DNA of 64,000 bases from a virus (Duplodnaviria; Heunggongvirae; Uroviricota; Caudoviricetes), in the IMG/VR virus record IMGVR_UViG_2851955134_000009; one strand, 5' to 3'. The notes below the pieces were generated by a model that was given only the letters and a program-made list of their open reading frames with translations, was not told where the DNA came from and did no database searches. Shown here piece by piece: positions 27,411 to 37,035 of the stretch (position 1 is the stretch's first letter; every line of letters begins with the position of its first letter). Made by a program: the position numbers and the translations under genes.

Positions 27411-28259
27411 TTATCCTCTCAGTTCCTGTTGTGCCAGTGGCTGAAGCGTACCCTGATAGCGGGCCAGGTCGGGACGGTATGCTGCCCCCGGTGCATAAGA
27501 CCAGCCGACGTCGGTGGTCACCTTCGTGGTGCCGGTATTAAAGGTGGCCACGTTCCACATTTCGCCGGTTTTCTCTGAGACCAGTTTCAGTTCCTGGCCC
27601 ATGGCAGAGCCGGAGCTGATAACCTTCAGGCCACGGGCACGTACATCCGCCGCACTCAGGGCAATCACACTACAGCGGCAGCGCCAGCCGTTCGGCGGGT
27701 AAAATGCCTGCCAGAACGGGTCATCCCAGCGCAGCACCAGACCATGCAGCGCCAGATGGCTCCTGCGGGTATGGCTGTCGTTGATGCCGGTATACATCCA
27801 GTACGGCCTGTCGTCGACGTTTTCCATCTGCTCCGCCCAACGACCGGCGCTGTAGAGTACGGACATATTGGTGCGAAAGATGGTATCGAGCCGCCACGGA
27901 CTGCCCTGCTGAATGGTGACCGGCTCACCCGTTACCGGGTCAGTCGTGTCACGCGGTCCCCACCATCCCCTGCGCTTCAGCGCCGGCTCCAGCTCCTGCC
28001 GGAACCAGCGATCGGTTTTTCCTTCATCAACAGCCTGCTGCAGTGTCCCGCGAATATCTTCCAGAATATCCAGGCGGGTCACTTTAGCGACGGTAAAGGC
28101 GCGGGCATGGGCGTCCTGCCACATTTCTTCCTGGTCCCAGGTAATCTGATACCCTTTGGACTTCAGGTAGCTGACTGCCCGCTTCGGGGGAAGCGTCATG
28201 CAGTACGCCAGTTCAGCCGTTGTCACGCTCATGCAGCTGCCCCCAGATATTTGCCACAA
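27411..28259 (-). CDS. minor head protein (Mu gpF-like)
   Basis: 282 aa directly after the portal gene. Confidence 0.65.
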   Translation of the reverse strand: MWQISGGSCMSVTTAELAYCMTLPPKRAVSYLKSKGYQITWDQEEMWQDAHARAFTVAKVTRLDILEDIRGTLQQAVDEGKTDRWFRQELEPALKRRGWWGPRDTTDPVTGEPVTIQQGSPWRLDTIFRTNMSVLYSAGRWAEQMENVDDRPYWMYTGINDSHTRRSHLALHGLVLRWDDPFWQAFYPPNGWRCRCSVIALSAADVRARGLKVISSGSAMGQELKLVSEKTGEMWNVATFNTGTTKVTTDVGWSYAPGAAYRPDLARYQGTLQPLAQQELRG

Positions 28260-29709
28260 AGAGAATACGGGCCAGCCGCTCCTGCAGATCGTCCGTGTTC
28301 ATCTGAGGGTAGAGCTCCGCCAGTTCGCCCAGCAGCTCAGTCGGGTTAACCCCGTTTTCGACCCGTCTGAACAGAGGTGCCAGGACGGGTTCCAGCGTGC
28401 CATTTAACACACCTCCGTTCATCAGAATGTCCAGCGCGTCGTCAAGCTGCTGCTGAGCCTGAATATCGGCATCAATCGCCTCGGCAAATGACAGCGGCAG
28501 CATGTTCTTCTCGCATTCTGACGGTGGTGTCTCGTCAATATCGCCGTCCTGCAGCTGGTACTCACGCTTGAAGTATTGCGGGGTCAGACGCAGACCCGCC
28601 CGGGTGAGTTTTTCATCGCGGGTGGCACGGGTGTCATCAATGGCCTCCTGTTCCCACATGGCCCAGACCGGACACGGCACATCGCCGAAGTTCAGGGTGA
28701 CCACCGTTCTTATGACCTGATTCACTGCCGCCTGAATGATGTCCGCATCCGCATCGCGGATATCAGCCGTCACCTCCAGCCCGGCCTGTGCAGAGGCCTT
28801 GTTACTGTTCGCTTCCGTGGTCTGATTCTGACCGAGTAATGCAATGGAGATCTCACTGCGTGACAGTGTGATCAGCTCGCGGAATACCTCGCTGCTGTCC
28901 GCCTTGCCATCCGCTGCTTTGAGTTCGATGCTGCTGTCATCAGGGATGGCGGCCACCGCGTCCTCCACCATCTGCTCCATGGAGTCCAGCAGTTTTTCAA
29001 TCTCTGCATCATTTGCACCCCTCGGGTGCTTACCGATGACCCAGGGGGAGCCAAACTTTTCGGCAAAGCGGAGCCAGAATTTCATCCCGCCTTTCTTGAA
29101 GGCGACCGGCCAGAAGCACATGGACAGGTCCGGGAAACCGTAAGGATTGTCATACGAGGCATCCTGTGCCGGCACCACGAATTTTGACGGTGACAGCAGC
29201 TCACCCTCCACACCCGCATCACGAGCCCGGAAGCGCAGGCAGTTGTCCGTATCAAACTGAAACCACTCAGGCGGTTTGCCGACAATATCCGTCACCGCCC
29301 ACGCCCTGACCGAACGGCCCCACATGATTTCACAGGGCTGATACCCGTAGAGCACGGCATCGCTCATCTCACCGATGATGCGGGACAGATCCAGATCGTC
29401 GAGCATGTCGCGGATGAAACGGAAGACCCGGGCAGAAGCGTGACCGCGCTCCAGTCCACGTTCCAGCGATTTGACCGCTGCTTTACGTCTGCGGATACAG
29501 CCCCCGACCAGCGGGTCGGTGCGCAGTTCGCGGTAGATACGGATATCCCGTCCCTGAGCCTTGAGAATGGGATCAGGGTTGGGCAGGTACATTCCCAGAG
29601 CGTAAAAGTCGATGGCGCGGCTGCGGGAGGCAATCTGCGCGGTCAGTGACTTTTTGGGTTCGGCAAACGCCACGAACTCATCGGGTGAAACCCAGATACC
29701 TTTTGCCAT
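28213..29709 (-). CDS. portal protein (Mu gp29-like)
   Basis: 498 aa immediately after the terminase large subunit gene. Confidence 0.7.
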   Translation of the reverse strand: MAKGIWVSPDEFVAFAEPKKSLTAQIASRSRAIDFYALGMYLPNPDPILKAQGRDIRIYRELRTDPLVGGCIRRRKAAVKSLERGLERGHASARVFRFIRDMLDDLDLSRIIGEMSDAVLYGYQPCEIMWGRSVRAWAVTDIVGKPPEWFQFDTDNCLRFRARDAGVEGELLSPSKFVVPAQDASYDNPYGFPDLSMCFWPVAFKKGGMKFWLRFAEKFGSPWVIGKHPRGANDAEIEKLLDSMEQMVEDAVAAIPDDSSIELKAADGKADSSEVFRELITLSRSEISIALLGQNQTTEANSNKASAQAGLEVTADIRDADADIIQAAVNQVIRTVVTLNFGDVPCPVWAMWEQEAIDDTRATRDEKLTRAGLRLTPQYFKREYQLQDGDIDETPPSECEKNMLPLSFAEAIDADIQAQQQLDDALDILMNGGVLNGTLEPVLAPLFRRVENGVNPTELLGELAELYPQMNTDDLQERLARILFVANIWGQLHERDNG

Positions 29710-31232
29710 CAGAATCCCTCCAGCATACGGGCCGCCTGACGACGACGTCGTGAGCTTGCCTTCACCGGCCCTTTGTTAATTTCACGGCTGGCGAAATACG
29801 CCAGCGCCAGTGCGATGGCTGAATCCCCGTGGCGTTTACCACCATCAGCCTTTGCTTTTGAGCGTTGTTCCGGCACGCGGGGGACACCGTTCACCACCTG
29901 AACGGCCCGCAGGTCATCCAGTGTGTCTTCATCTTTTGGTAAGTCCAGCAGGTTACCGTCTTCCAGTGCAGCTTTGACCGGAGGCATATGCTCCCGGTAC
30001 CAGCCTTCGGTTGGCATCACCTGCTGAACCCGGCTGGAGCCGTAGCGCTGCATGGCGTATTCAGCCAGATAGGCACCATTACCACGGGCATCAAATGCTG
30101 CACCCAGCAGACCGGGCAGGCCATCCATCAGATACCAGGTGATTTGCTCCTGCTGTCTGAACGGCACGTTACGCAGCTCCAGTACGAATGGCACGCGTCG
30201 TACCAGGTTCTTCTCCTGCAGCAGGGGATAGTCCACCGACAAATCACCGCTGCGACCAAAGTCGCGCCCCAGGAAAGAGCGGGCATCAGTGGGGAGTGCC
30301 TCCAGCAAGGGTTTCAGATGCTCATCAAGCCAGTCCTGTGTCTCGTGGAAGCGAACCTCATCAGACAGCAGTTCATAACCTTCCTTGCAGGTCAGACGCA
30401 ATACTGGCGTATCAGCGGACATTCGGGACTCTATCAGGGCACGGGACAGCCAGGCACCGCCACCGTTGGCCGGAATACAGTCAAGCTCTTCGGATGCGCC
30501 GGCACCGTAGAATTTGTACACCGACGCCATCCAGGCCAGCTCGGATGCCTCCGACCATTCCTTCCCGGTGCGCAGACAAACGCGCTGGAACAGCCCCTCA
30601 GATACGGCTTCCCGGAAAGTGATGCGATGTACGCTGCCTCCCTGACGTCCGGCACGGATATCTCCGATAAGCGTACTGAATGGATTGTCGTCACCGTCAT
30701 GGGTGGAGATAACGCGTACCTTGCCCCCCCAGATAAGCATCGCCAGCGCCGCTTTCAGCAGTTCGTCCAGTTGCTCATGGAACGCCGCTTCGTCGATAAC
30801 AATAATACCCTGACGGCCACGCAGGTTAGACGGGCGGCTGGAGAGCGCGACAATGCGAAAGCCGGAGTCAGGAAATTTGATGGTGTAAGTCCTGATGTGT
30901 TTGTCGTCGTCGTCCTCTTCCCAGAATCCTTCTTCAATTTCACTGGCCGCATAGTTGAATGCCCGTGCCCACATCGCACACGCCTGAATGTATTCGACGG
31001 TCATGTCCTGGTTATAAGCGATGTAATACACATTCATCCCGCCTGCTGGCGCAGAAGAGGCGGCGGTCAGTACGTTATCGGATGCCTCAGCCCATGTAAT
31101 ACCGGTACGACGGCTCTTTTCTATCACCTTAAGCGGAGAGGCATCTGCCACCCAGCGCTGCTGGTAGGGCAACAGAACGGGAGGGGCATCATAACCGGAA
31201 GTGTCTGGTATTACCGGCGTGAACTGGCTCAT
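29709..31232 (-). CDS. terminase large subunit
   Basis: 507 aa; Walker A-like region near the N-terminus; followed by the portal gene. Confidence 0.75.
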   Translation of the reverse strand: MSQFTPVIPDTSGYDAPPVLLPYQQRWVADASPLKVIEKSRRTGITWAEASDNVLTAASSAPAGGMNVYYIAYNQDMTVEYIQACAMWARAFNYAASEIEEGFWEEDDDDKHIRTYTIKFPDSGFRIVALSSRPSNLRGRQGIIVIDEAAFHEQLDELLKAALAMLIWGGKVRVISTHDGDDNPFSTLIGDIRAGRQGGSVHRITFREAVSEGLFQRVCLRTGKEWSEASELAWMASVYKFYGAGASEELDCIPANGGGAWLSRALIESRMSADTPVLRLTCKEGYELLSDEVRFHETQDWLDEHLKPLLEALPTDARSFLGRDFGRSGDLSVDYPLLQEKNLVRRVPFVLELRNVPFRQQEQITWYLMDGLPGLLGAAFDARGNGAYLAEYAMQRYGSSRVQQVMPTEGWYREHMPPVKAALEDGNLLDLPKDEDTLDDLRAVQVVNGVPRVPEQRSKAKADGGKRHGDSAIALALAYFASREINKGPVKASSRRRRQAARMLEGF

Positions 31233-31777
31233 GTGGCAATCCCCAGAATCTCGCGACGAAGTGCCTGTACTGCGTCGCTTGACAATCCGCCCTTACGGGC
31301 AATTTTCTCGGCCGCATTCGCTGCAAGTTCTGCTTTTTCCTTGACCTCACTCTGAAAACGCTTGAGATTGACAGAGGCGCGGGTCAGGGTCGCAATATTG
31401 CGGGAAGCGGTGGCCAGCAATTTCGCCCGATCAGTCGGATCATTCTCGTCACTGACTTGTTGCAGACGCATCAGGATGTCGATCATCTCCGTCTGGATCA
31501 ACGTCATCAGTCCCGCAGAACGGTCATCCGCATCATCCCCCGCTTCACGAGCCATCAGCCTGGCTGCTTCAGTTGCCGCACGAACACGGGCCAGTTGCTG
31601 CTCCATTTTGTAGCCGAACCGCTGCAGGGAGGAGCGGGTTATCACATATCCCCTCTCTTTTAACAAACTTTCAAGTTCAGCATAGCCGGTGAAATTATTC
31701 TCCGTCAGCGCCCGCTCCAGCCAGCGGCGGACATCCGTCGGCAGAGAATCAATGCTGCTGCGACGTCCCATAATCAC
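31229..31777 (-). CDS. putative terminase small subunit
   Basis: 182 aa directly upstream of the large subunit with a 4-nt overlap. Confidence 0.5.
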   Translation of the reverse strand: MIMGRRSSIDSLPTDVRRWLERALTENNFTGYAELESLLKERGYVITRSSLQRFGYKMEQQLARVRAATEAARLMAREAGDDADDRSAGLMTLIQTEMIDILMRLQQVSDENDPTDRAKLLATASRNIATLTRASVNLKRFQSEVKEKAELAANAAEKIARKGGLSSDAVQALRREILGIAT

Positions 31778-32085
31778 TCACTCCAGTATTTTTCCGGTCG
31801 GGCAATACCCGGGCCGCATTCCACGGTGTATTCCACAATATCCACACCAAGGCGACTCAGATCGGCAAACCAGTCACCGGACGGTCTCTTCTCCAGCTCC
31901 ACCATTTTGCGATCTGCCAGATAATCAAGCTCCCGGCGCAGCTCCAGTTGCGTGGTGTCCGGGTAGATGGCGCGGGACACGTCCAGCAGCAGCGTCTCGC
32001 TGGCGGTGTAAGGGCGGGTTTTGTTCAGGGCAACCAGCAGACTCCAGCGCAGGGATTCACGGCGTACCCGGGTAATATCGACCAT
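31774..32085 (-). CDS. hypothetical protein
   Basis: 103-aa ORF in the late operon between lysis and terminase genes. Confidence 0.35.
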   Translation of the reverse strand: MVDITRVRRESLRWSLLVALNKTRPYTASETLLLDVSRAIYPDTTQLELRRELDYLADRKMVELEKRPSGDWFADLSRLGVDIVEYTVECGPGIARPEKYWSE

Positions 32086-32411
32086 TATTGACCTCCGGTA
32101 TTGCGGTACTGCTGTACCACTTCCAGTTTGTTGTAAAGCGCGTCCAGTTTGGCCTCGATGACTGTCTGGCCACGGATATAATCCTCGCGACGGACATAAT
32201 TCAGCGGTAAATCCGCTTTAAATCGCATAAATTCTTTTTCCAGCTCGCCCCAGTTGGATGCAGACTGTTGCAGGGCCTGTTCAAGAGAGGCGAATCGTGC
32301 CGCCTGGCGTTCTTCTGTTTTACTGAACAACCATTTGGCGAGCCCTCCCACAAACCCCATGAAGGTGAGCAAAAAACTCACCACCGTCCAGAATTCAACC
32401 TGCAGTGTCAT
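32085..32411 (-). CDS. small membrane protein
   Basis: 108 aa with an N-terminal TM segment (VVSFLLTFMGFVGGLA). Confidence 0.35.
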   Translation of the reverse strand: MTLQVEFWTVVSFLLTFMGFVGGLAKWLFSKTEERQAARFASLEQALQQSASNWGELEKEFMRFKADLPLNYVRREDYIRGQTVIEAKLDALYNKLEVVQQYRNTGGQ

Positions 32412-33058
32412 TTCTGTAATCCTTCCCGTTCATCCAGTAGCGCGTTTATCTGGTTCCGCCAGCGACGACATTGCCCTGCGTTGTCGATGATGTTGGCGAG
32501 AACGTCACGCTGGGAGACGCCTGAGTCGCGTAGCCAGGCGTCAGCGGTTTCAGGTTGCCCGGTCGCTGTGCCAGAGCGGGTGCCAGTGGCGGCAACTGAG
32601 TCTGAATGACCGCTGTCGACGGATGCGTTGTCATATCCGAGTGCGGCGTTGTACTGGCGCACGAAACCGCGAGTAAACACGCACTCAATGGGATGGCTCT
32701 TACCTTTTTCATCAATCCAGCGCTGTGTGACATCGTTAATTTGCCCCTGTAGTTGTTTATTCCGGCTCTCCAGTTGAGCAATCTGCTCAAGGTAACTGGC
32801 TTCAGCCTGCTGCCCGGCGGCCACCTGCTCCTGATACCGTTTTGCCCAGGCCCGCAACGCAGCGTTCTCAAGCGTTGCCTGCTCCGTTTTGTATTTGTCG
32901 AATGCTGACTGCAACTGACTGAGCGCGGTATTACCGTCACGCTTTGCAGAGTCATGACCACTGCTGTATCCCATGGCATACAGGCCGACCAGAAAGGCAT
33001 TGATAAGAATGGCCAGCAGAATGCCGCGCCACGGCAGCTTTTTAACCAGATGCCACAC
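32408..33058 (-). CDS. putative i-spanin
   Basis: Proposed GTG start at 33058 with a GAGG RBS; N-terminal TM segment followed by a coiled-coil-rich region; a lipoprotein ORF is embedded in another frame. Confidence 0.45.
   Translation of the reverse strand: MWHLVKKLPWRGILLAILINAFLVGLYAMGYSSGHDSAKRDGNTALSQLQSAFDKYKTEQATLENAALRAWAKRYQEQVAAGQQAEASYLEQIAQLESRNKQLQGQINDVTQRWIDEKGKSHPIECVFTRGFVRQYNAALGYDNASVDSGHSDSVAATGTRSGTATGQPETADAWLRDSGVSQRDVLANIIDNAGQCRRWRNQINALLDEREGLQK
32446..32712 (-). CDS. putative o-spanin (embedded lipoprotein)
   Basis: MKKVRAIPLSACLLAVSCAS signal/lipobox-like N-terminus, Pro-rich, fully embedded in the i-spanin gene. Confidence 0.4.
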   Translation of the reverse strand: MKKVRAIPLSACLLAVSCASTTPHSDMTTHPSTAVIQTQLPPLAPALAQRPGNLKPLTPGYATQASPSVTFSPTSSTTQGNVVAGGTR

Positions 33059-33782
33059 AACTGCTGCCTCCCCATGTGAGATATCGCGGTGCCAGCTCGC
33101 GCAGGATGCGTTGTGGATAATGGCGGTTCTCCCGCCAGCTGGCAGCATTGCGTCCGGCATTCACCGTGGCGACATGTCCGAACCAGCGCTGACTGTCCAG
33201 CCCCAGATATGCGGCGAGCCGCTGGTCACGGCGCACCCAGCCCGGGCCACCGTTATAGCCCGACAGTGTCATGGCCATACGCTCGCAGTCGCTGGCGGCA
33301 CTGATGCGCTGCCACAGCCAGCGGTCATAACTGACCAGCGCCCGGATAGCCCATGCCGGATTAAACGGCTCTCGACTGCTCAGCGCCGGCATCAACTGGC
33401 TTATCCAGTCGGCAGTGGCAGGCATAAACTGCGCCAGTCCCTGAGCCCCCACCGGCGAGATCGCATCAGGTCGCCAGCCGCTTTCCTGATGCAGTTGCGC
33501 AGCGAAATCAGCCACCGGCGCAGACAGTCCCCATTCAAGCCGGGCATTACGGATCACATCATCGCGATACTGCAGGGCAGCCCGCGGGGGCTGTGCTGCG
33601 GATGCCTGACTGAAAAAGCCACCACACCAGAGCAACATTGCGACAAAGAATACCCATGCCATATGAACCAGAAAGGTCCCGGCGCGGACTGACAGGCGTT
33701 CGGTTCTGATGAAGACCCGAAAGGCTTCGAAAGCCAGTTTCAGGGACATGCATACAATCCAGGTGATCTGCGGCCAGTTCAT
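33042..33782 (-). CDS. endolysin, lytic transglycosylase-like with N-terminal membrane anchor
   Basis: 246 aa with a hydrophobic N-terminus; sits between holin-like and spanin genes at the start of the late operon. Confidence 0.55.
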   Translation of the reverse strand: MNWPQITWIVCMSLKLAFEAFRVFIRTERLSVRAGTFLVHMAWVFFVAMLLWCGGFFSQASAAQPPRAALQYRDDVIRNARLEWGLSAPVADFAAQLHQESGWRPDAISPVGAQGLAQFMPATADWISQLMPALSSREPFNPAWAIRALVSYDRWLWQRISAASDCERMAMTLSGYNGGPGWVRRDQRLAAYLGLDSQRWFGHVATVNAGRNAASWRENRHYPQRILRELAPRYLTWGGSSCVASG

Positions 33783-33784
33783 GA

Positions 33785-34135
33785 TTAAAGCCCCATCGCA
33801 ACAGCCAGACAGACAGCTGCAACAATCAGTGCACGACGAAGCAGGGCGGCAGCAAACACCAGATGAAGCCCGGTCTGTACGGGCCAGCGCCCCTCAGCCA
33901 TGAGGCGCTCGTCATGCTTCAGGTACTGCCCCGGGCGGGCCTTCGGGAAGAGCGAGCGGTCCAGCCAGTAGCCGAGAACGGAGGCGAGGGAGATGAGAGA
34001 GAGCTTGTACACCACCACCGGCAGCTGCTGGGGCGAGACCAGCGCGATGATGAGGAGCAGCAGTACGGCGGCAACAAGCCAGCCACGCAGGCGGGTTTTT
34101 TGTACGTCTGCGATAAGGGAGGTGAGTTTTTTCAT
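33785..34135 (-). CDS. putative holin/membrane protein
   Basis: 116 aa with two to three TM segments; first gene of the leftward late operon. Confidence 0.45.
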   Translation of the reverse strand: MKKLTSLIADVQKTRLRGWLVAAVLLLLIIALVSPQQLPVVVYKLSLISLASVLGYWLDRSLFPKARPGQYLKHDERLMAEGRWPVQTGLHLVFAAALLRRALIVAAVCLAVAMGL

Positions 34136-34267
34136 AAAGATGTCTCCTTGTGTAGTGGAGACAGCATCACAAATACGGGGCGCGAAGGATTTTAAAGCGC
34201 GTTAAGAGAGCCGGGGATACGGGATGCGCAGAATAAACGATGAATTATTCACAGAGGAGAATACGAT

Positions 34268-35011
34268 ATGACGCACACACTGAATCCGGTCATCACTGTC
34301 ACTGTGTCCGGTCCTGTGGGCAGCGGTAAAAGTTACGTACTGGCGCGGATAGAAGAGATGGTGAAACAGGAACTCGGAAACAGCGTCATTGTCGATGCTG
34401 CTGACGTGGAGAATGAGCGCCGTATGAGTGGCGATGATCTGACGACCTGGCAGAAGCCACGGGCTGGCACAGTGATCAGGCTGGAGGAATACACGGGACA
34501 GGGCCTGTTGTCATACGGCGAGGAGCGTATCTGTCGGACGAATGAGCTGCTGGATGTTATATGCCCCGCGGGCCGGCAACCCTGGATACTGCCCGATGCA
34601 CTGCATGCCACCATTGCGGCACTGATGACAGTTTACGATCAGGAACTGCTCATGAAGGAGTTACGTAAACTCACCGGTCAGCCAACAGAATGTTTTTCGG
34701 CCCCGAAGTACGGGAAGCAGGAACACATCCCGGTGAACACAATCCCCGTTAACCAGCCTCCCCGGTTCTTCGACGAATACATTCTGACACCGGAAAATAA
34801 AGCTGAGCATGAAGAGATCAAAGAGGCGTTGTTCCGGGAAATCAGGAAGATTGCTGAAATGCAACTGGGGGGCGGGCTGGACAGAGTGATGGCGAGAGGA
34901 GAATGGGAGTCGCTGTTTGAAAGAGTTTCCCCGGAATTACTGCCCCTCGCACTGGCTATCGGGATTATGCAGACAGCAGATAAACCTCACTTACGTTCAT
35001 CAAACACGTAG
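34268..35011 (+). CDS. P-loop NTPase/kinase-like protein of unknown function
   Basis: Walker A motif GPVGSGKS near the N-terminus, followed by VIVDAAD; no further recognisable domain. Confidence 0.4.
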   Translation: MTHTLNPVITVTVSGPVGSGKSYVLARIEEMVKQELGNSVIVDAADVENERRMSGDDLTTWQKPRAGTVIRLEEYTGQGLLSYGEERICRTNELLDVICPAGRQPWILPDALHATIAALMTVYDQELLMKELRKLTGQPTECFSAPKYGKQEHIPVNTIPVNQPPRFFDEYILTPENKAEHEEIKEALFREIRKIAEMQLGGGLDRVMARGEWESLFERVSPELLPLALAIGIMQTADKPHLRSSNT

Positions 35012-35064
35012 CGCAGAATATTTTGCCGGTGAGTACATAAAAATCATCATTTAAGGAGTGCATC

Positions 35065-35280
35065 ATGAATCCCCGATTAACGTTAACAGAACATCAGCGC
35101 CGTGCTGAAGCAGTGAACAATGTTCTGGAAGATATTATCCGGTTACATCGCGGAGAACTGAGTGTCTGTCGTGCCGCTTTTCATTTTCAGGGAATACAAA
35201 AGCAGTTTGATACTTCTGTTTTTGCAGAAGGTATTACTTATGCCCTGGACCGGATAAGGTCAGAAAATCGCCCCGGATAA
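35065..35280 (+). CDS. hypothetical small protein
   Basis: 71-aa ORF with an RBS-like AAGGAG upstream, between the P-loop gene and the methyltransferase. Confidence 0.3.
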   Translation: MNPRLTLTEHQRRAEAVNNVLEDIIRLHRGELSVCRAAFHFQGIQKQFDTSVFAEGITYALDRIRSENRPG

Positions 35281-35471
35281 TCCCTAAACCACATTAACAG
35301 AAATCCCACTATCCCTGCCGCATCATGAAAGAACGACCAGCCCGGTGCTTCGGACCCACCGGGCTGGCCATCGTCCCACAGAAGTGGCTGTGAGCCGACC
35401 GAGGTTCAGTCAGTCTCGCGAGACCAGACTAGCCTGCCATATTTTTAATAATTGTAAAAGGCTTACAGATT

Positions 35472-36236
35472 ATGAAAATGCAGACATTACCCATCGTTCC
35501 ATGGATTGGTGGCAAACGCCGCCTTGCAAAACACATTCTGCCGCTGTTTCCGGCGCATGAATGTTATGTGGAGCCGTTTTGTGGGGCAGCAGCGCTCTAT
35601 TTTCTTAAGACACCCGGCAAGATCGAAGTCATCAATGATATCAACGGTGAACTGGTGAATCTGTACCGGGTGGTAAAGCATCACCTGGAAGAATTTGTCC
35701 GCCAGTTCAAATGGGCGCTGGTCAGCCGTCAGATCTACAAATGGCTGCAGATCACCCCGGAAGAAACACTGACGGATATCCAGCGTGCGGCACGGTTCTA
35801 CTACCTTCAGAAGCAGGCGTTTGGCGGCAAGGTGGCAGAGCACAGCTTCGGTACCTCCACCACATCCCCGCCACGCTTCAACCTGCTGCGTATTGAAGAA
35901 GAACTGTCAGCGGCACACCTGCGGCTTTCCAGAACAGTCATAGAACACATGGACTGGCAACAGTGCATTGAGCGTTATGATCGTCCGCACACGCTGTTCT
36001 ACTGCGACCCACCGTACCTGGGTACGGAAGGCTATGGTGTGGATTTTCCTGAAGGGAACTACTCGCGGCTGGCAGAGCTGGCCCGGTGCATCAGAGGAAA
36101 AATGATAATTTCGGTGAACGACATCCCGCAGATGCGCGAGGTGTTCACTGGACTGAACATACAGACAGTGAATATCAACTACAGTCTGGCGGGTAAATCC
36201 ACGCCGCGCCGTGAACTGCTAATCTGCAACTTCTGA
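35472..36236 (+). CDS. DNA N6-adenine methyltransferase (Dam/D12 class)
   Basis: AdoMet-binding motif EPFCGAAALYF near the N-terminus and catalytic DPPY motif; 254 aa. Confidence 0.8.
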   Translation: MKMQTLPIVPWIGGKRRLAKHILPLFPAHECYVEPFCGAAALYFLKTPGKIEVINDINGELVNLYRVVKHHLEEFVRQFKWALVSRQIYKWLQITPEETLTDIQRAARFYYLQKQAFGGKVAEHSFGTSTTSPPRFNLLRIEEELSAAHLRLSRTVIEHMDWQQCIERYDRPHTLFYCDPPYLGTEGYGVDFPEGNYSRLAELARCIRGKMIISVNDIPQMREVFTGLNIQTVNINYSLAGKSTPRRELLICNF

Positions 36237-36247
36237 AACAAAACCGG

Positions 36248-36270
36248 AAAGCACAATGCTTTCCGGTAAA
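36248..36270. terminator. hairpin downstream of the methyltransferase gene
   Basis: ccggaaagc/gctttccgg inverted repeat, located between convergent genes. Confidence 0.35.
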
Positions 36271-36352
36271 CCAAACAACTTCCACTATGTCACTGGCGAT
36301 GTTTTCTGAAATCATCCAGATCAACCACCTGTCTTTTGTGTCCGGGTCAGTA

Positions 36353-36700
36353 TCAGCCTGCGATTTTTCCTGGTTTTGGCTGAGTATAGAAGCGCCCAAC
36401 CTCAAGAAATGAGCGTCGTTGCTCCGGAGTCATTTCATCAAATGCGTCCATTAATTTCTGTTTGTCTGGTGACATTTTTGGGATAGCGTTGGTAGTTGCA
36501 TCCCCTCTCTGTCCCGTAACAACGTAAAGCACGTCAAGCCCCAAAGTAGCCCAAATTGCCAAAGCATCTGCTCCGGGAGCGGATTCATCCTTTTCCCACC
36601 GCAATTGGCTTTTATAGGATGCCCCCACCAATTCAGCAAACTCAGACTGACTAAATCCTAGGCGGTTTCGTTCTTCTTTTAATCGTGAACCAAGTGACAT
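36353..36700 (-). CDS. HTH (XRE-type) repressor, Mu c-like position
   Basis: N-terminal HTH (LKEERNRLGFSQSEFAELVG); divergently transcribed from the Ner-like gene. Confidence 0.6.
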   Translation of the reverse strand: MSLGSRLKEERNRLGFSQSEFAELVGASYKSQLRWEKDESAPGADALAIWATLGLDVLYVVTGQRGDATTNAIPKMSPDKQKLMDAFDEMTPEQRRSFLEVGRFYTQPKPGKIAG

Positions 36701-36793
36701 TTTTGTCCCAATATCTATTTACATATCCCATTATTGGGATAATAATCTAACAAATATAAAGCAAACATCATTGCACTAAACAAGGAGACAACA
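36701..36793. promoter_or_regulatory. divergent early control region with operator-like inverted repeat
   Basis: Intergenic region between repressor and Ner-like genes; contains atccca-ttat-tgggat (36725-36740) plus a related half-site upstream. Confidence 0.3.
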
Positions 36794-36982
36794 ATGACTG
36801 CAGACCAGGTCAAAGCTCATTTCCGTCGCAATGGGATCACTTTTACCCAGTGGGCAAAACAGAACAACTACACCAGAGCGGAGGTTTACCGCGTACTGAA
36901 TGGCCAGGTAAAAGCGAACTACGGCAAAGCCCATGAAATCGCTGTCAAGCTGGGATTAAAAACCATCACTGACGCCGCTTAA
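36794..36982 (+). CDS. Ner-like DNA-binding protein
   Basis: 62 aa; the segment GKAHEIAVKLGL resembles the Ner/Nlp family; first gene of the rightward early operon. Confidence 0.6.
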   Translation: MTADQVKAHFRRNGITFTQWAKQNNYTRAEVYRVLNGQVKANYGKAHEIAVKLGLKTITDAA

Positions 36983-37035
36983 AAAGATACAGCATACGAA
37001 AAAGATTATCACATATTGAAAAAAGAGGTGTGCAG

